A stretch of 63,980 nucleotides of DNA, the filler included, from Fonticula-like sp. SCN 57-25 (lineage: Eukaryota), in assembly GCA_001724245.1 (NCBI GenBank). It is 4 parts of 4 records of this genome, joined end to end, with 100 filler letters (N's around TTAATTAATTAA, not from the genome) between each part and the next. Parts side by side here need not be neighbours in the genome. Positions count along the whole stretch, not along the records: positions 32,280 to 48,245 come from MEDX01000131.1; positions 48,346 to 63,980 come from MEDX01000136.1; 2 more parts are not named here. One strand, given 5' to 3'. How positions within the stretch are numbered: the stretch's first letter is position 1; every line of letters begins with the position of its first letter. A program made the position numbers and the translations under genes. The notes under the pieces are model-generated. The model saw only the letters and a program-made list of their open reading frames with translations, searched no databases and was not told the origin of the DNA. Of this stretch, positions 36,196 to 48,477 are shown one piece after another.

Positions 36196-39100
36196 CTACC
36201 TCTCCTTCTTTGCGTCCTCGCCGCTCTCCCTGCGCCACCCGCCCGCCGCGTGCAGCGTGACAAGCGAGTTGTGCAGGTACTCTGCGAGCGCCTCGGCCGT
36301 CGGGTAGCTCGCGAGCACGGTCCCGTCGAGCTCGACGCCGTACACGCCGCGGACGAACGCGAGCAGCGACTGGACGCGGCGCTCGCGCACCTTTTCATTG
36401 AGCGATCGCGCAAGGACATCAAGATCCGTTCCACTGCCAATATCCACGTGGCTGTCCACATGGGCGTCCGCGTTGGCGTCGGCGTCGGCGTCGCTGCCAA
36501 AGAGCGTCTTTGCGACTTCGCTGATGCGGCGCTCGACATCGGCACGCGCGGGAACAATGTTATTTCCACCATTACCATTGCTATTTCCACCATTGCCGCT
36601 CAGCGATGCGGCGAGCGCGGCGAGATCCTGCGGGAGCGCGACGACGATGCGCACCGACGCCACGACAACGTGCGAGTTGTCAAAGTGCAGGCGCAGCTCG
36701 TACGTGCCGGCGGCCATCGGGAGGCGATCTCCCGAAAAGATCGCCTCGCCATCGGCATCGGCCGAGATGTAGCGCCAGAATCCGCGCGATGACGTCTTGG
36801 TGAACGTGTCGGCGCCGCCGCGCGCGGGCAGCGAAGACGACGAGGACGAAGAAGACGCCTCGGCGCCGTCGGACGAGGCGGCGGCGGCGTCAGAGTCGAC
36901 GCGGTAGAGGCCGATCCAGTCCTTTGCGGGATGGCCGGCGGGTGCGCGCCACTGTGCGCGGATGGGCTCGAGGAGGGTGACGGTGGGTGATGCGACGGTG
37001 AGAGAGTAGCCGCTCGTGTCGCGCGAGTTGAGTTCGTCAGAGACGCGGCTGGGGAAGGCGGTAAGTAACAAAGGAAACGGGTAAGAGAAGAGGAAGCAAA
37101 GACAAGGGGTCACTTTATCCAGATACAGACATATATCATACGGATACAGACAGATACAGATACAGATACATACACATACACATACACATACAGATACACA
37201 TACACATACATATACATATACATATACACATACATATACAGATACCCATACTCATACTGATACTCATACACTCATACTCATACCCATACCCATACACTCA
37301 TACACTTCTCATACCCAACACCCCCATACCCTCCTATTCCCATCCCATTTCCTTCCACTTCCTCTCCACGTACTATGCGATCCTATCGAATGCGTTCTCG
37401 ATCGTCGGCGCCGCCCTATTCCTCACGAAATCCTTCCCCCCCCCCCCACTGCACTCAACTTTTCCTGCACCTGCGGCGCCTTCACCTCCGCCAGCAAGCT
37501 CTTTGCCGACCCCGTCAGCTTCTCCACCTCCTTTACAATCTTTAGCGGCTTGATCTTTGTCATGATGGCCGTCTCGACGCCACTCTTGCTCCTCACATTC
37601 TCGCCATACAGCCTGCGCATATGCGGCTTTTCGACATACCTAATCACAGCGAATGTGCACAGCTGCGCCATGGCGGCGAGAATGACCATTGTCCAGCTGC
37701 TCGTCATGATTGCCTGCCCGTAAAACGCGGCGTGGCCAATGATTTTTTCGGGGTTGTTGACAAAGCGATAGATGCCAGTGTAGGTGGGCGGCGGCGGCGG
37801 CGCGTCGGGGCCGGAAATGAAAAAGTCGCCGTAGAACCAGCCGAATTCCTTGATGACTTGGAGGACTTCGACGGACGACCAGAGGTGGAGTGCGATGAGG
37901 ACGGCGCCGATGGTGTGCTTGAGGAGGGCGGTGCCGCTCGTCCACGAGGCAGCGTCCGGAAAAGTGTACAAGCTGAGCGCGCACAGCGAAAAGGAAACGT
38001 GCGTCATCGTCATTGACAGGTTGTAAATTCCCTTCCAGCTCTGGAAGGCGTCCTGCGCGCGGAAGCCATACTTTATAAAATGCGCCGTCCACAGCTGGCG
38101 CGTGCTCTGCAGGTGCAGCAGCGTGCCAATGCCAAACGTGTGGAAGAGGCGCCACGCAATGCAGTGCGCCACGTGGTACCACAGCGGCATGCCCATGAGG
38201 TACCCGACAACGGCGTACACGACGACGAGCAGCGTCAGGACGTCCGTGGCGCGGAAGGCGTCAAAGTTTTTCAGGGCGATCAGATCGCGGCGAAAGTAGG
38301 CCGAGGGGCCGCGGTAGAGCAGCTCGCGGTGGCGGCGCGCGCCTTCGTCCTCGCGCAGGCCAGAGTTGTAGATGCGGTCAATGTGCGGGTTCTCGACGAG
38401 GTAGAGGAAGGTGAACTGGAGGGCGTGCGCGGCGAGGCTCACAAAGAGGATCACGTAGGACTGCGAGAGGATGCACATGCCATAGTAGCCAATGTAGCCG
38501 ATAGAGTACATGGGGTGGGGGGCCATGAGGAAGACGCCGTCAAAGGTGAGCTCAGAGTCAACGAGGAAGAAAAAGTCGCCCCAATCTACAGGTAAAAAAT
38601 TGGGAAAAGGCGGGAAAAGTAGGGAAAGTGATAGGAAAAGTGGTCAAAAGTGGCGAAAGTGGTAGAAAAAGAAGTAAAAAGTGACAAAAAATAAGTAAAA
38701 AACATGGAATTAGTATAGTTTACCAACAAAAAGTTCCATGCGTACACCAGGCAAAGTCCTTGACGACGCGCAGGGCGTCGATCTTGATGTACCAGTTAAA
38801 GACGCACAGTCCAATGCCGATGACAAAGCGGGCAAGATCCCACAGCGACCACGCGTCCGGAATGTACACGTACGAAAAGACGCACAAAAAGTACGAGAAA
38901 AAGTCGTTGATCAGGATGATGTCGACGAGGCCGCGGAAGACGAGCCACGCATTGTACACCTCGGGGACAGCCTGCAGGATCGGTAAATCGCGTCAATGCC
39001 AGTGTAAAAGCGGGCGAAGCAGCGCGCAAAGCGAAAGAGACGCACGTTAAAGTCGTACTCGGGGCCCATCTTCTTCGTGAGCTCCCTGTTGAGGTACTCG

Positions 39101-39554
39101 CGCCACGGGGATCCCTCCTTGAGGTACCGCGAAAGGTACTTTGAGACGGCATGGTCATTCGACTGGATCCGGAGAAGGTAGCCGATGAAGCCGTTGTACG
39201 AGATGCGCCAGAAGGCGTACAGCATCACAAAGACATAGGAAGGGACCGCGCCGGTGACGTACAGCAGCATCTGTGATGCGGCAGGGTGGCATGGGGCAAT
39301 GGGGGCGCGTGGACAAGAGGAAAGAAAAGGGAGAAAAAGAGGCCGAATCAAGTTAATAAAGGGAAAGGCTATAGCCAAAACAAGACCAGGAGACGCACCT
39401 GAGCGAGGACAAGACCAATTGTAATGAGCTCAAACACGTTCCATGGCAGCGTGCGGATGGTCACGAGCAAGTCGTGCGTAATCGGCACGCGGAACTCGAC
39501 ATTGTCAAAGGTCCTCCCCAATGGGAGATCCGGCTTTGACGCTGCCTTGCTCAT
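36196..39554 (-). CDS. CHO2: fungal-type phosphatidylethanolamine N-methyltransferase
   Basis: FRVPITHD, YNAWLVFRGLVDIILINDF, KDFAWYWGDFFF, APHPMYSIGYIGYYG, ENPHIDRIY, FGWFYGDFF, KDWIGLYRV. Confidence 0.93.
37121..37325. repeat. intronic (GATACA/CATACA/CATACT)n hexamer microsatellite
   Basis: Degenerate 6-nt units inside a CHO2 intron. Confidence 0.85.
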
Positions 39555-39908
39555 TCTCTATCAGCTACACGCGAAATTACAGCTTCGCTCGCAGCAATAG
39601 TGCTCGTCGGCAGGTGAGCGTTCTAGATCGTGCGCAGAAAAAGGGCCCCGGCTTTATGTATGTCAAATGTTGCCCGCCGAAATGCCGCCGCCGTCTTTTG
39701 CCGCTCAGCCAATCAGAAGACGACACAGCGCTGCTCTTCACATGGCCAAAATCACATCCAACTTTTTGCCAGATATGAAAATCACACTCGATTTTGCACC
39801 TGACAACAAAATCACATGCGACTTTCTAAAGTCACATCCGATTTACTCATCCACGTGGCCGAATAGTGGTGTGTTTGTCTTGCACCTGCTGACTCTGCCT
39901 CAACCATC

Positions 39909-40637
39909 ATGTCGACCGAAGCTGACCTTTTGCCCCGCCTCGAGCAGGCGTGCGACCACCTTGTCCAGGACTCTGCGGCGACCAACTGGGGTGTGCTCAT
40001 TGATGAGGACAATGTCAAGGTCTTTCACCTGAAGGACAGCAAGCCCGACCGCCTCATGGGCCAGATCGTCGTCTCGGGCGACAGTACGACCGGTTTTGTG
40101 TTCCGGAATGGGCGACTCACGCGTGCTTTTCCAGTCGAGTCTGTTCTCCACGACCTGTACGACTTTGAGGCTCGCCGCAAGTGGGACACGACCCTCTCGG
40201 AAAAGTCGCATGTCGTCGAGTCTCTTTCGGACGACACGTCGGTTGTGTACATGTACATCCCCGGCCAGATGAGCGTGTCGGCCCGCGAGATGTTGAACGG
40301 CCGCCGCCGCCGCGCTCTCCCCGACGGCGCCGGCTACGTCGTCGCCCACAACAAGATCGAGTGGGCCAGCAAGCCCGTCACCAAGGACATTGTGCGCGCG
40401 TCCAACACTGACACTGGCTACGTCATCAAGAAGGTGCGCGATACATGCCGCGGCCGATTTCACCAACTGATCCCTTTTTTTTTTGCTTTATAGATTGACG
40501 ACAAGACCGTCAGCATCTCGTGGGTCCTCCAGACGGAGATTGGCGGCTGGGTCGGCTTCATCAACGTGCGCAATATCGCGTCCCAGAACCTCGCCAAGAT
40601 GCTCAAGGCGTTCCGCACGTACCGCGCCGGCAAGTAA
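39909..40637 (+). CDS. START-domain lipid-binding protein
   Basis: DLYDFEARRKWD, VSAREM, KDIVRA, LQTEIGGWV. Two introns. Confidence 0.85.
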
Positions 40638-40987
40638 GAACGAGTGATGAATGGGCGGAATTTGCGGCGATTTTGTGTCTATTTGATAAGCATCGCGCAC
40701 GCAGTAGAGTGTGCTGAGCGTCCCAGCATCAATATCATTTTTAAACCTTTTTTTTTGGGAGTAGTGGGTTGAAGTAAGATGAAAGATGCTGGAAAGATAA
40801 GAAGAAAGATGGCAAAAGTATAGTACTATATCAACTACCTTTTCATGCCTGCCACACTCATGTTACAAGCATGTCACACGCATGCCAGTATCATTATTTG
40901 CCCATATTGCCTGCTACTCAATCATGAAACATATATTGATCTCTGTCTGATCTCTGCGTGATCTACATGGTACAATTTCCGCCAATT

Positions 40988-42121
40988 TCACTCGTCCTTT
41001 GCATAGTCAGACTGCTCGTCCAGCGGCCGCCACTGCAGCGTCTCAATGCTCCCGCCGCGCAGCCCCGCGAGCACCGTCGGCACGCCGCCCGCCTCGATCG
41101 CGACGACATCAAACACCTTTTTCCCGCGCGTCAGCTACGAACAGCCAATCAAGAGTGTCGCACCTGCAGCTTTGTGGCAACCGTGTCGACGGTCGCCACC
41201 GCTTCGCCGCCCGCCGGCAGCGCCCACACGCACAGAAAGCCCGCCGCCTTGGCCGCCACGAGCCGCCCGTCCGGCAGGAACGAGACGGCGGTTGCCATCC
41301 CATGAGCGTCCACGTGACCGGGCAGGTCGATGATGTCGCCGGCATCGAGGGGGATGATGAGCGCGCGGCCATCGCCGAGGGCCGCCGCCAGCCGCCGCCC
41401 GTCCGCCGCAAAGGCGAGGCCGTACACGTCGGCGGCGTCGCCGGGGAGATCGATGGTGCGCGCGCTGCCGCCGATCGCCGTCGGGACGAGATCGACCGCG
41501 CCAAAGGTGACGCCGGCGCCGCCGCCAGCAGCCACGAGGCCGCCGTCAGGGCTAAACGCAACCGCACCGACCTTTCAAAGCAATATAGTTTAGTTTGCAG
41601 TTTGCGGGAAAGCGGCGTACATATGGAAGTGATGTGGGAATGTCGCGCTGGTGGGCCCACTGCGCATCATCTGAAAGGGTAAACAGCTGGAGGTTCGGGC
41701 CGAGGCCGCCGACCACAAAGGATCGGCTGTCGTGCGCAAACGTGACACACGAGTTGGCCGACGCGCTCTCAAAGCGCTGCGTCTCGGCCCAGTCGGACGC
41801 TGCCGAGCGGACGATCACGCGCTTGTCGTGGCCGACCGATGCCGCCCAGCGGCCATCAGGGCTCGCGGCCACCGATGACAAGAGCTCCTCGTGCGCGCCC
41901 TTAAAAATAAACTCAAGGGAAAGAGCGCCGCTGTCAGAGACCGTCCACACGCGAAGAGAATTGTCGTGACCGCCGCTCACGATGCGACGCGCATCGCCCA
42001 CACCACCGCATGACAGACGGGCAATCTGCAGGATGCCATCAGATGAACAGCTTCAAAGGCAAGGAAAACGTACGTCAGATGTGTGTTTGTGAACACGCGA
42101 CCGCGACTGCCACACGTTCAT
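40988..42121 (-). CDS. WD40-repeat protein
   Basis: IVSGGHDNSLRVW, AHEELLSSVAASPDGRWAASVGHDKRV, GLAFAADG. Three introns; start inferred. Confidence 0.75.
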
Positions 42122-42277
42122 TGTTAGAAATACGCCCTGTGACGCCCTCGCTCGCTCTCGTCAGCAGAAAGGCGGCGGCAGGAGGCGAGCCGTGGTGACA
42201 AATCCGTGACAATTCAGTTCACTTTGATGACACACCATTCGACCGTTTGGCGCCAATTTTTTTTGAACGGGATCTGA

Positions 42278-42792
42278 ATGAGTTTCTTTGGGTTCTTTCG
42301 GCGGCTCGTGGGCGAGGCGCCGCCCGCCGCGGGTCTTCAGCCGGGCTCGGCGAGGTTAGCCAAGGAGCGTCTCTCTTTGATCCTTCAGCACAGCTCGACC
42401 AACAAGGCGCTCGTTAACGACTTTATGATGGTCGAGATGCACAAGGACATTTTCGCCGTTATCCAGGTGCGTTTCAGCAGCTATTCATAGTCTTTTCAGT
42501 GCCTCTTTAGCATTATTTGAGTATTTAAACGCTGTTAACTGACACATTTTGCGTTATTTTTGCCTTTTTTTGGTCTTTTTCTCGTTCTTAGAAGTACATC
42601 CCTGTCGACATTACCGATGTCAACATTTCGGTGAAGAAGGAATCTGGCGTCGACATTTTCGAGATGCAGGTGGCGCTCCCCGCCGGTCGCGAGGGCGCCT
42701 CGGTCAACATTACGCTCAAGCCAAAGGCGGAATCGTCGGAAGGCGCCGCTGCCGGCAGCGCGGCCTCAACGCCGCCGCCTGCCTCAGCCTAA
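42278..42792 (+). CDS. minE: MinE cell-division topological specificity factor (nuclear, spliced; presumably mitochondrial)
   Basis: Exons 42278-42466 + 42592-42792 give 129 aa: MSFFGFFRR..SARLAKERLSLIL..MHKDIFAVIQ|KYIPVD..DIFEMQVALP, collinear with bacterial MinE motifs. Confidence 0.88.
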
Positions 42793-43135
42793 TCACGTAA
42801 TTCCTTTTGATTTGTGAATGATGATTGTGCGAAAAGCGCACCTTTTATGAGCTTATTGCACTATAATGACAAAAGTTAATGTAGTTTGAATTGCTAAACA
42901 TATCTGTGAAACATTGAAATGGGGCGGCATTTAAGTATCAGAAATTTCCTTTCGACCTTGTGGCACGTGCCTCATTGGCGGGATCTTAGTTCTGCGGATC
43001 ATCTGCCTTTTCATTCTCTCGCCACACCTCTTCAAGAGCCAATTCCACATATAAAATGCACTTTATTTATATTAAACAACCTTAAACGTCCATCAAAACT
43101 GTCTCTTTGATCGTCCATACATCATCCTTACATCT

Positions 43136-44269
43136 TTACTGGCCGATCGTCTGACCCACCCTGACGACCTCGCCCTCGCCCACATTAAACTTGAACTCTT
43201 TCCTGTTCTCAAACACAACCACGATACAGCTGCCCATCTGGAACATGCCCACCTCGTCGCCCCTCTTCAGCGGCACGCCCCCCTTTCCAAACACGCGCGT
43301 CCTGACGGGATCGCCCGCGCGATCCGTCACCCTGTTCGTGTCGATTGCGTCATCAAAACCGATCTTGATCGAGCCGACATTTGTGGCGCCAATGGCGGCA
43401 AAGGCCATGTAGCCGCGCTCCCATTGGCCGGCGAGGACGACGCGCTCGTTAAAGTTGAAGAGGCCGCGCGCGGCGCGCACCATGAGCGGGCTCACAGACA
43501 GCAGCTCGCCGGCGTAGTGGCGGCGCACATTGACGGTCCACGTGGCGGGGGAGTGGAAGCGGTGGTAGTCGCCGGGGCCGAGGTAGATCACGCAGTAAAA
43601 GAGATCGTTCTGGCTGTTTTTGGCGGTGGCGACGCGGGGGCGCACAGAGGGGCTGCCGTCGGCAAGCGTCTCGTACACAAAGTCGTCGCCGAGGAAGCCG
43701 TCGAGGCTGTAGTTGCTGCCCTTGATCTGCTCGACGAGCGGGCCGCGCACACGGCCGACCTGCATCACGCGGCCGTCGGCGGGCGATGAGAGAGCAGTGC
43801 TGGGGCCGCTCGAGGCGGGCCACGAGCGCGCGCCGGACTTGAGGTGGCGCGTGAAAAAGAGCGACATAGAGGGGTACTCGTCGAGCGGGCGCTCAACTTC
43901 GTCGAGGTTGCCGTTGAAGAAGGACATCCACGCCTTGTACACGGGGGATCGCATCGAGAGGGGGAGCTCGGTCGACATGACGGCGCCAAAGAGACGCGAT
44001 GTCAGGCGAAGAGGGAGAGCGCGAAGAACAGTGACGAGCGTGTTGTGAGAAAGGCTGTCATCGGGAGAGACGGGGAGCGTGTGCAGGTAAAAGAAGCCGC
44101 CAACGATGCCGGCGCCGGCGACGGCAGATGAGACAGCAATGAATCGGCGGCCTTTCGAGGAAGAAGAAGAGGAACCAAAAGAGGAAGATAGGGGGCGCGC
44201 AGATAGAAGGAGAGGAGCGCGCGAAAGAGCGCCGCGCTGGGCGAAATGCCGGCAGAGTGACGCGGCCAT
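43136..44269 (-). CDS. PSD1: mitochondrial-type phosphatidylserine decarboxylase
   Basis: Presequence-like N-terminus + TM, FFTRHLK, SPADG, IYLGPGDYHRFHSP, NERVVL, GATNVGSI, FQMGSCIVVVF. Confidence 0.93.
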   Translation of the reverse strand: MAASLCRHFAQRGALSRAPLLLSARPLSSSFGSSSSSSKGRRFIAVSSAVAGAGIVGGFFYLHTLPVSPDDSLSHNTLVTVLRALPLRLTSRLFGAVMSTELPLSMRSPVYKAWMSFFNGNLDEVERPLDEYPSMSLFFTRHLKSGARSWPASSGPSTALSSPADGRVMQVGRVRGPLVEQIKGSNYSLDGFLGDDFVYETLADGSPSVRPRVATAKNSQNDLFYCVIYLGPGDYHRFHSPATWTVNVRRHYAGELLSVSPLMVRAARGLFNFNERVVLAGQWERGYMAFAAIGATNVGSIKIGFDDAIDTNRVTDRAGDPVRTRVFGKGGVPLKRGDEVGMFQMGSCIVVVFENRKEFKFNVGEGEVVRVGQTIGQ

Positions 44270-44440
44270 GGCGACGGACGGCGACGGGACGCAGCGGCGT
44301 TGCCAATGGTGTGTCACGCTTTAAACCGACCCGAAACCGACTTTTGTGAAACCGACTCGAAACCGACTGCACGTGAAACACGATTTTGTAAACAACGACC
44401 GAAGTGTGACATTCCCGACAGACCCGATCAGGGGCGGGGA

Positions 44441-46090
44441 ATGAGCGTAGAGTCGGATCCGCTGCTTGTAAACAGTCTTCGGCAGTATGATGACAAGAAT
44501 GAGGTGCAGCAGCCGGTGCCGTCGCTGCGCGAGTCGACGCATCCGCATCTTTTAAAGTCGTCTGATCTTGGCATTGCCGAGCATCGCACCGAGGCCAGGA
44601 TGCGCTTCTCCGTGTTCAATCTTGCCAACACGATTGTCGGCGGCGGCATCCTCGCGCTTCCCTACGCCTTTATGGTGCGTTTCACTTGAGATAACTTTGT
44701 GCGTCTAATGCTTGCTGCAACAGCTGTGCGGCGTTGTGGTCGGTTTCGGGATCCTTCTGGCCGTGTGCCTGCTTGCCGGCTTTTCACTGCATCTCCTCAC
44801 CGAGATCGCCGAAGTGCTGCAGCTTTCCTCGCGCGCGTCGTACCGCGAGATCTCTTACCGCGCATTCGGCACCGCCGGCGTCGTGGTGAGCGGCCTCGTT
44901 GTGATCACGACTTGCTTTGGCATCCTCGCATCGTACCTCGTCATCGTCGGCGACAGCCTCGTTGAGCCGATCGCCCTCGCGGCCGACGCCGATCCCGACT
45001 TTGTGCGCACCGTGCTCCTGATCTGCACCGCCGTCATGCTCGTGCCGCTCGCATGCCTGCGCTACCTCAACCACCTGCGCTACGCGAGCGTCGTCGCAGT
45101 GGTCGCATCATTTTTCTTTCTCGTTTGCTTGATCGTCAGGAGCACCGAAGAGATCGCCGACGGCGGCCTCGAAAACTGTGAGAATACAGAGCGGGGCTGC
45201 GTCGTATTGGCCGACTGGTCAACAACAATTCTTAGAGCAATTCGTACGCGCTCCATTGCCGTGTGCCTTGCTAACTGTTTTTTAGCGCTTCTGTGCTTTT
45301 CTTTTACGTGCCAAACAAACTTTTTCTCCACTTACGAAGAGCTCGCCGCGCCGTCGCCGCGCCGTATCCGTAAAGTCTATTCACGGTACTGATTCCCGCC
45401 TGATTTAAATCTGATTTCTGATTCCCGCGCGTTTTTCGCTCTCATTTCTCTCATTTGTGCCGCCAATGTTTCCTCTACAGCGCTCTTTTTGCGTGCCTTG
45501 TAATATATACGACATCAGGTCTCTTTGGCTACCTCGAGTTCCGCTCCGAAACAAAGAGCATGATCCTTCTCAACTATTCGCCTTCCGACCCGCTCATGCT
45601 CCTCGCGCGCATCGGTACGTCCATTCCCGCGCACTTTTCCCGCCCCTTTTCTTACCATTTTAACCTCTTTTCCCGTCCAGCCGTCTCTATAGAAATTATT
45701 CTCGGCCTTCCCATGACCGCGCACCCCCTCTTCAACACACTAGACTCTCTCCTCTTCCCCAACCGCGACTTTTCCTACCCCCGCCGCCTCATTGAAGTCC
45801 TCATCGTCTTTGGCGTCGCGCTCGCCGTCGCGCTGCTCGTCACCGACGTGGCGCTCATCTTTGGCCTTACGGGCGCGCTCGCGTGCACGACACTTTCTTT
45901 CATTCTTCCCGCGCTTTTTTACTTGAAGCTGCGGCCGAGGAGAAAGGCGTGGTGCAGGAGCAGGTCACGTGTGGGGGCGGCCACGCTGCTTGCTATTGGC
46001 GCGTTTATTCTGGTGTCGTCGACGACGGTTACGCTGATGGACCAGGTGAGGGCGGGCGACGCGGCGCCGACGCCGTCGCAGGCGTTCTAG
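44441..46090 (+). CDS. SLC38/AVT-type amino-acid transporter
   Basis: FNLANTIVGGGILALPYAF, FSFTCQTN, FGYLEF..ILLNY, FILPALFY; many TMs. Confidence 0.9.
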
Positions 46091-46637
46091 AGCAGCTTTG
46101 CCGGTTTGAACGCCCTTTATTGTATATTTTGCGGTTCAAATGCGATCAATTAGACCTTTTTTGTACACTTTGTGTCACCTTTTATTTCCTTTTACGTCTG
46201 TTTTGTTCGTGTTCGCTTTGTTTTTTCCTCTTTTTGGCCTTATTACGCCTCGATTGCGCCATTCGTGGGCGTTCATTGCACTTTATTGCGACCATGACGT
46301 GTCATCTTTGCCAATGTCATCTTTCGCTTTTTTTGGCACCGCGCACGCTGATTGGTGGATCTGGATTTCCTCCACGCTGATTGGTCCTACACAAATTAGC
46401 AAAACGTTCAAATCGCCGGCACGCTTTCCCTTTCCTTGGAAAAGTTCCGCTTTTCAGAGACCGCGCCGAGTGCCTTTTGTCTCATATAACGGATCGGATC
46501 GCCGCGGCCGTTCCACTTTTCGCGACCGCCTTTTCGACCCTCTCTGCGCACTAGCCAACAGCTTTGCAAGGACTTTTCGCTCGCTACTACCCCCCGCACA
46601 GCGCTTTTTTCTGTTTTTTTCTTTCGCTTGTTCCATC

Positions 46638-47912
46638 ATGGGCAAGTCCAAGGTGCGCCGCCATGCCGCCATGCCCGCGCATGCTAACGCCCCGATCCCC
46701 TCAGTCGAAGGAGATGGCGCTCCACAAGGTGATTATGGTCGGCTCTGGTGGCGTGGGCAAGTCGGCGCTCACGCTCCAGTTCATGTACGGCGACTTTGTA
46801 GAGGTTTACGATCCCACGAAAGCCGACAGCTACCGCAAGAAGGTTAGCCTCGATGGCGAGGATGTTTTGATAGACATCTTGGACACGGCGGGCCAGGAGG
46901 AGTACGCCGCCATCCGCGATAATTACTACAGGAGCGGGGAGGGATTCCTCTGCGTCTTTTCGATCTGCGAGCTGGAATCGTACACGGCAACCGCCGACTT
47001 TAGGGATCAAATCGCGCGTGTCCTCGATGACGATACGGTGCGTTTCATTTTTAAACCCTAAAATTATATGAAAGTGATTGTGAAAGTGAAAGTCAAAGGG
47101 ATTATGAAGGAATATTTTCACTTTTGTGTATGGGATCGCATGTCAATCTGAATGACCATGTGTGTGGTCAACATGGTCATCATCTTGATGGTGGTCATTG
47201 TTGTGTTATAATGAAAAGTATAGTTATTAAGTATGTCTAGTATTGTTTATTGTCATGTATTGGGTTTTATTTCAGTACTTTTGTCTCCTATATTGTGCAG
47301 TGTCGATCCGTTTACGTCAACGTGTGATAAACATTCCTGTCCACCATACTCTCCCTTTCAGTTTGCAGTTTGCACTAACACTTCTTCTTCTTCAGGTGCC
47401 GTTTGTGCTTGTTGGCAACAAGGCTGACCTCGACTCGAACCGCAAGGTGACGCAGGACGAGGCGCAGCGCCGCGCAGAGTCGTGGCACTGCGACTACATG
47501 GAGACGTCGGCAAAGACAAAGTGCGTCACGTGATCATACATGTGCTGTATATTATGGTATTGTTGTGGGTGTAGTAGAATTAATTGTATGTTTGTGGCGT
47601 GTATTGGTATTTATCATAGTTTATATTCGAATTTCATGTCATTTTTTGTTATTTTTCTTTGAATGTTTCTTCATTGTAATGTTGATTTTTGTTTATATTT
47701 GTTGTTTATTTCTTGTTTCATATTCATTTTTGTGTCTTTTTATATCATTTTATATCATTTCTCTATCATTTCTTAAGGGGCACTTTAAACTGACTTCTTC
47801 CAGACAAAATGTGAACGAGGTTTACTTTACGCTGTTGAGGCGAATTGCGCAGCGCAAGTCAAAGCAGGCCGAATCGGCCGCCAAGAAGAGCAAAAAGTGC
47901 ATGCTGCTGTAA
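46638..47912 (+). CDS. RAL: Ral-type Ras-family GTPase
   Basis: [68 protein letters not shown]. Three introns. Confidence 0.88.
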
Positions 47913-48080
47913 GGCACATGGCCACGTGGTGAGTGAACTAGGAAAAGAAGGAAAAGAGATTTTATATTAAAAAGAGATTATTTTGGTCGTTTTTGCCATT
48001 TGTTTTTATTATGGCTTTTTGTTTTTCGCCTTTTTTAAACTATATTTGGTAATATAATAATTGCTATTTGCATCAATAGT

Positions 48081-48200
48081 GAATAATGGGCGGTGAAAAA
48101 CGACTGAAAATGGGCGGTGAAAAATGGGCGGGAAAACGGAAAAGTGAATGAAAACGGGCGGGAAATGACACTTTGAATAGGAAGAATGGCGGGAAATGGT
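48081..48200. repeat. degenerate AATGGGCGG(T/G)GAAAA tandem repeat near contig end
   Basis: About five imperfect copies. Confidence 0.5.
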
Positions 48201-48245
48201 ACTGAAATGAGTGGACATTGGCTACATAGAGACCATAATTGGCAG

Positions 48246-48345
48246 NNNNNNNNNNNNNNNNNNNNNNNNNNNNNNNNNNNNNNNNNNNNTTAATTAATTA
48301 ANNNNNNNNNNNNNNNNNNNNNNNNNNNNNNNNNNNNNNNNNNNN
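48246..48345. other. artificial contig linker
   Basis: N44-TTAATTAATTAA-N44. Confidence 0.97.
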
Positions 48346-48477
48346 ATTAATACCGTGCGCAACTATTTTAAAGGGGCTTCATGATTCATTTTGCTCCGAA
48401 TCTTCCCGCCAGATCGACGTCCACGTGGACCGTCTGAGGATTCGCGAGCGCACGGAGCTCGCGGGGGCGTGCTGGGC

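Noticed and set aside
37121-37325. Repeat array considered as CRISPR-like or telomeric
   Set aside because: It is a simple degenerate hexamer microsatellite inside an intron, with no spacers.
42278-42792. Bacterial contamination as the source of minE
   Set aside because: A GT-AG intron interrupts the conserved VIQ|KY motif, and the neighbours are eukaryotic genes on the same contig.
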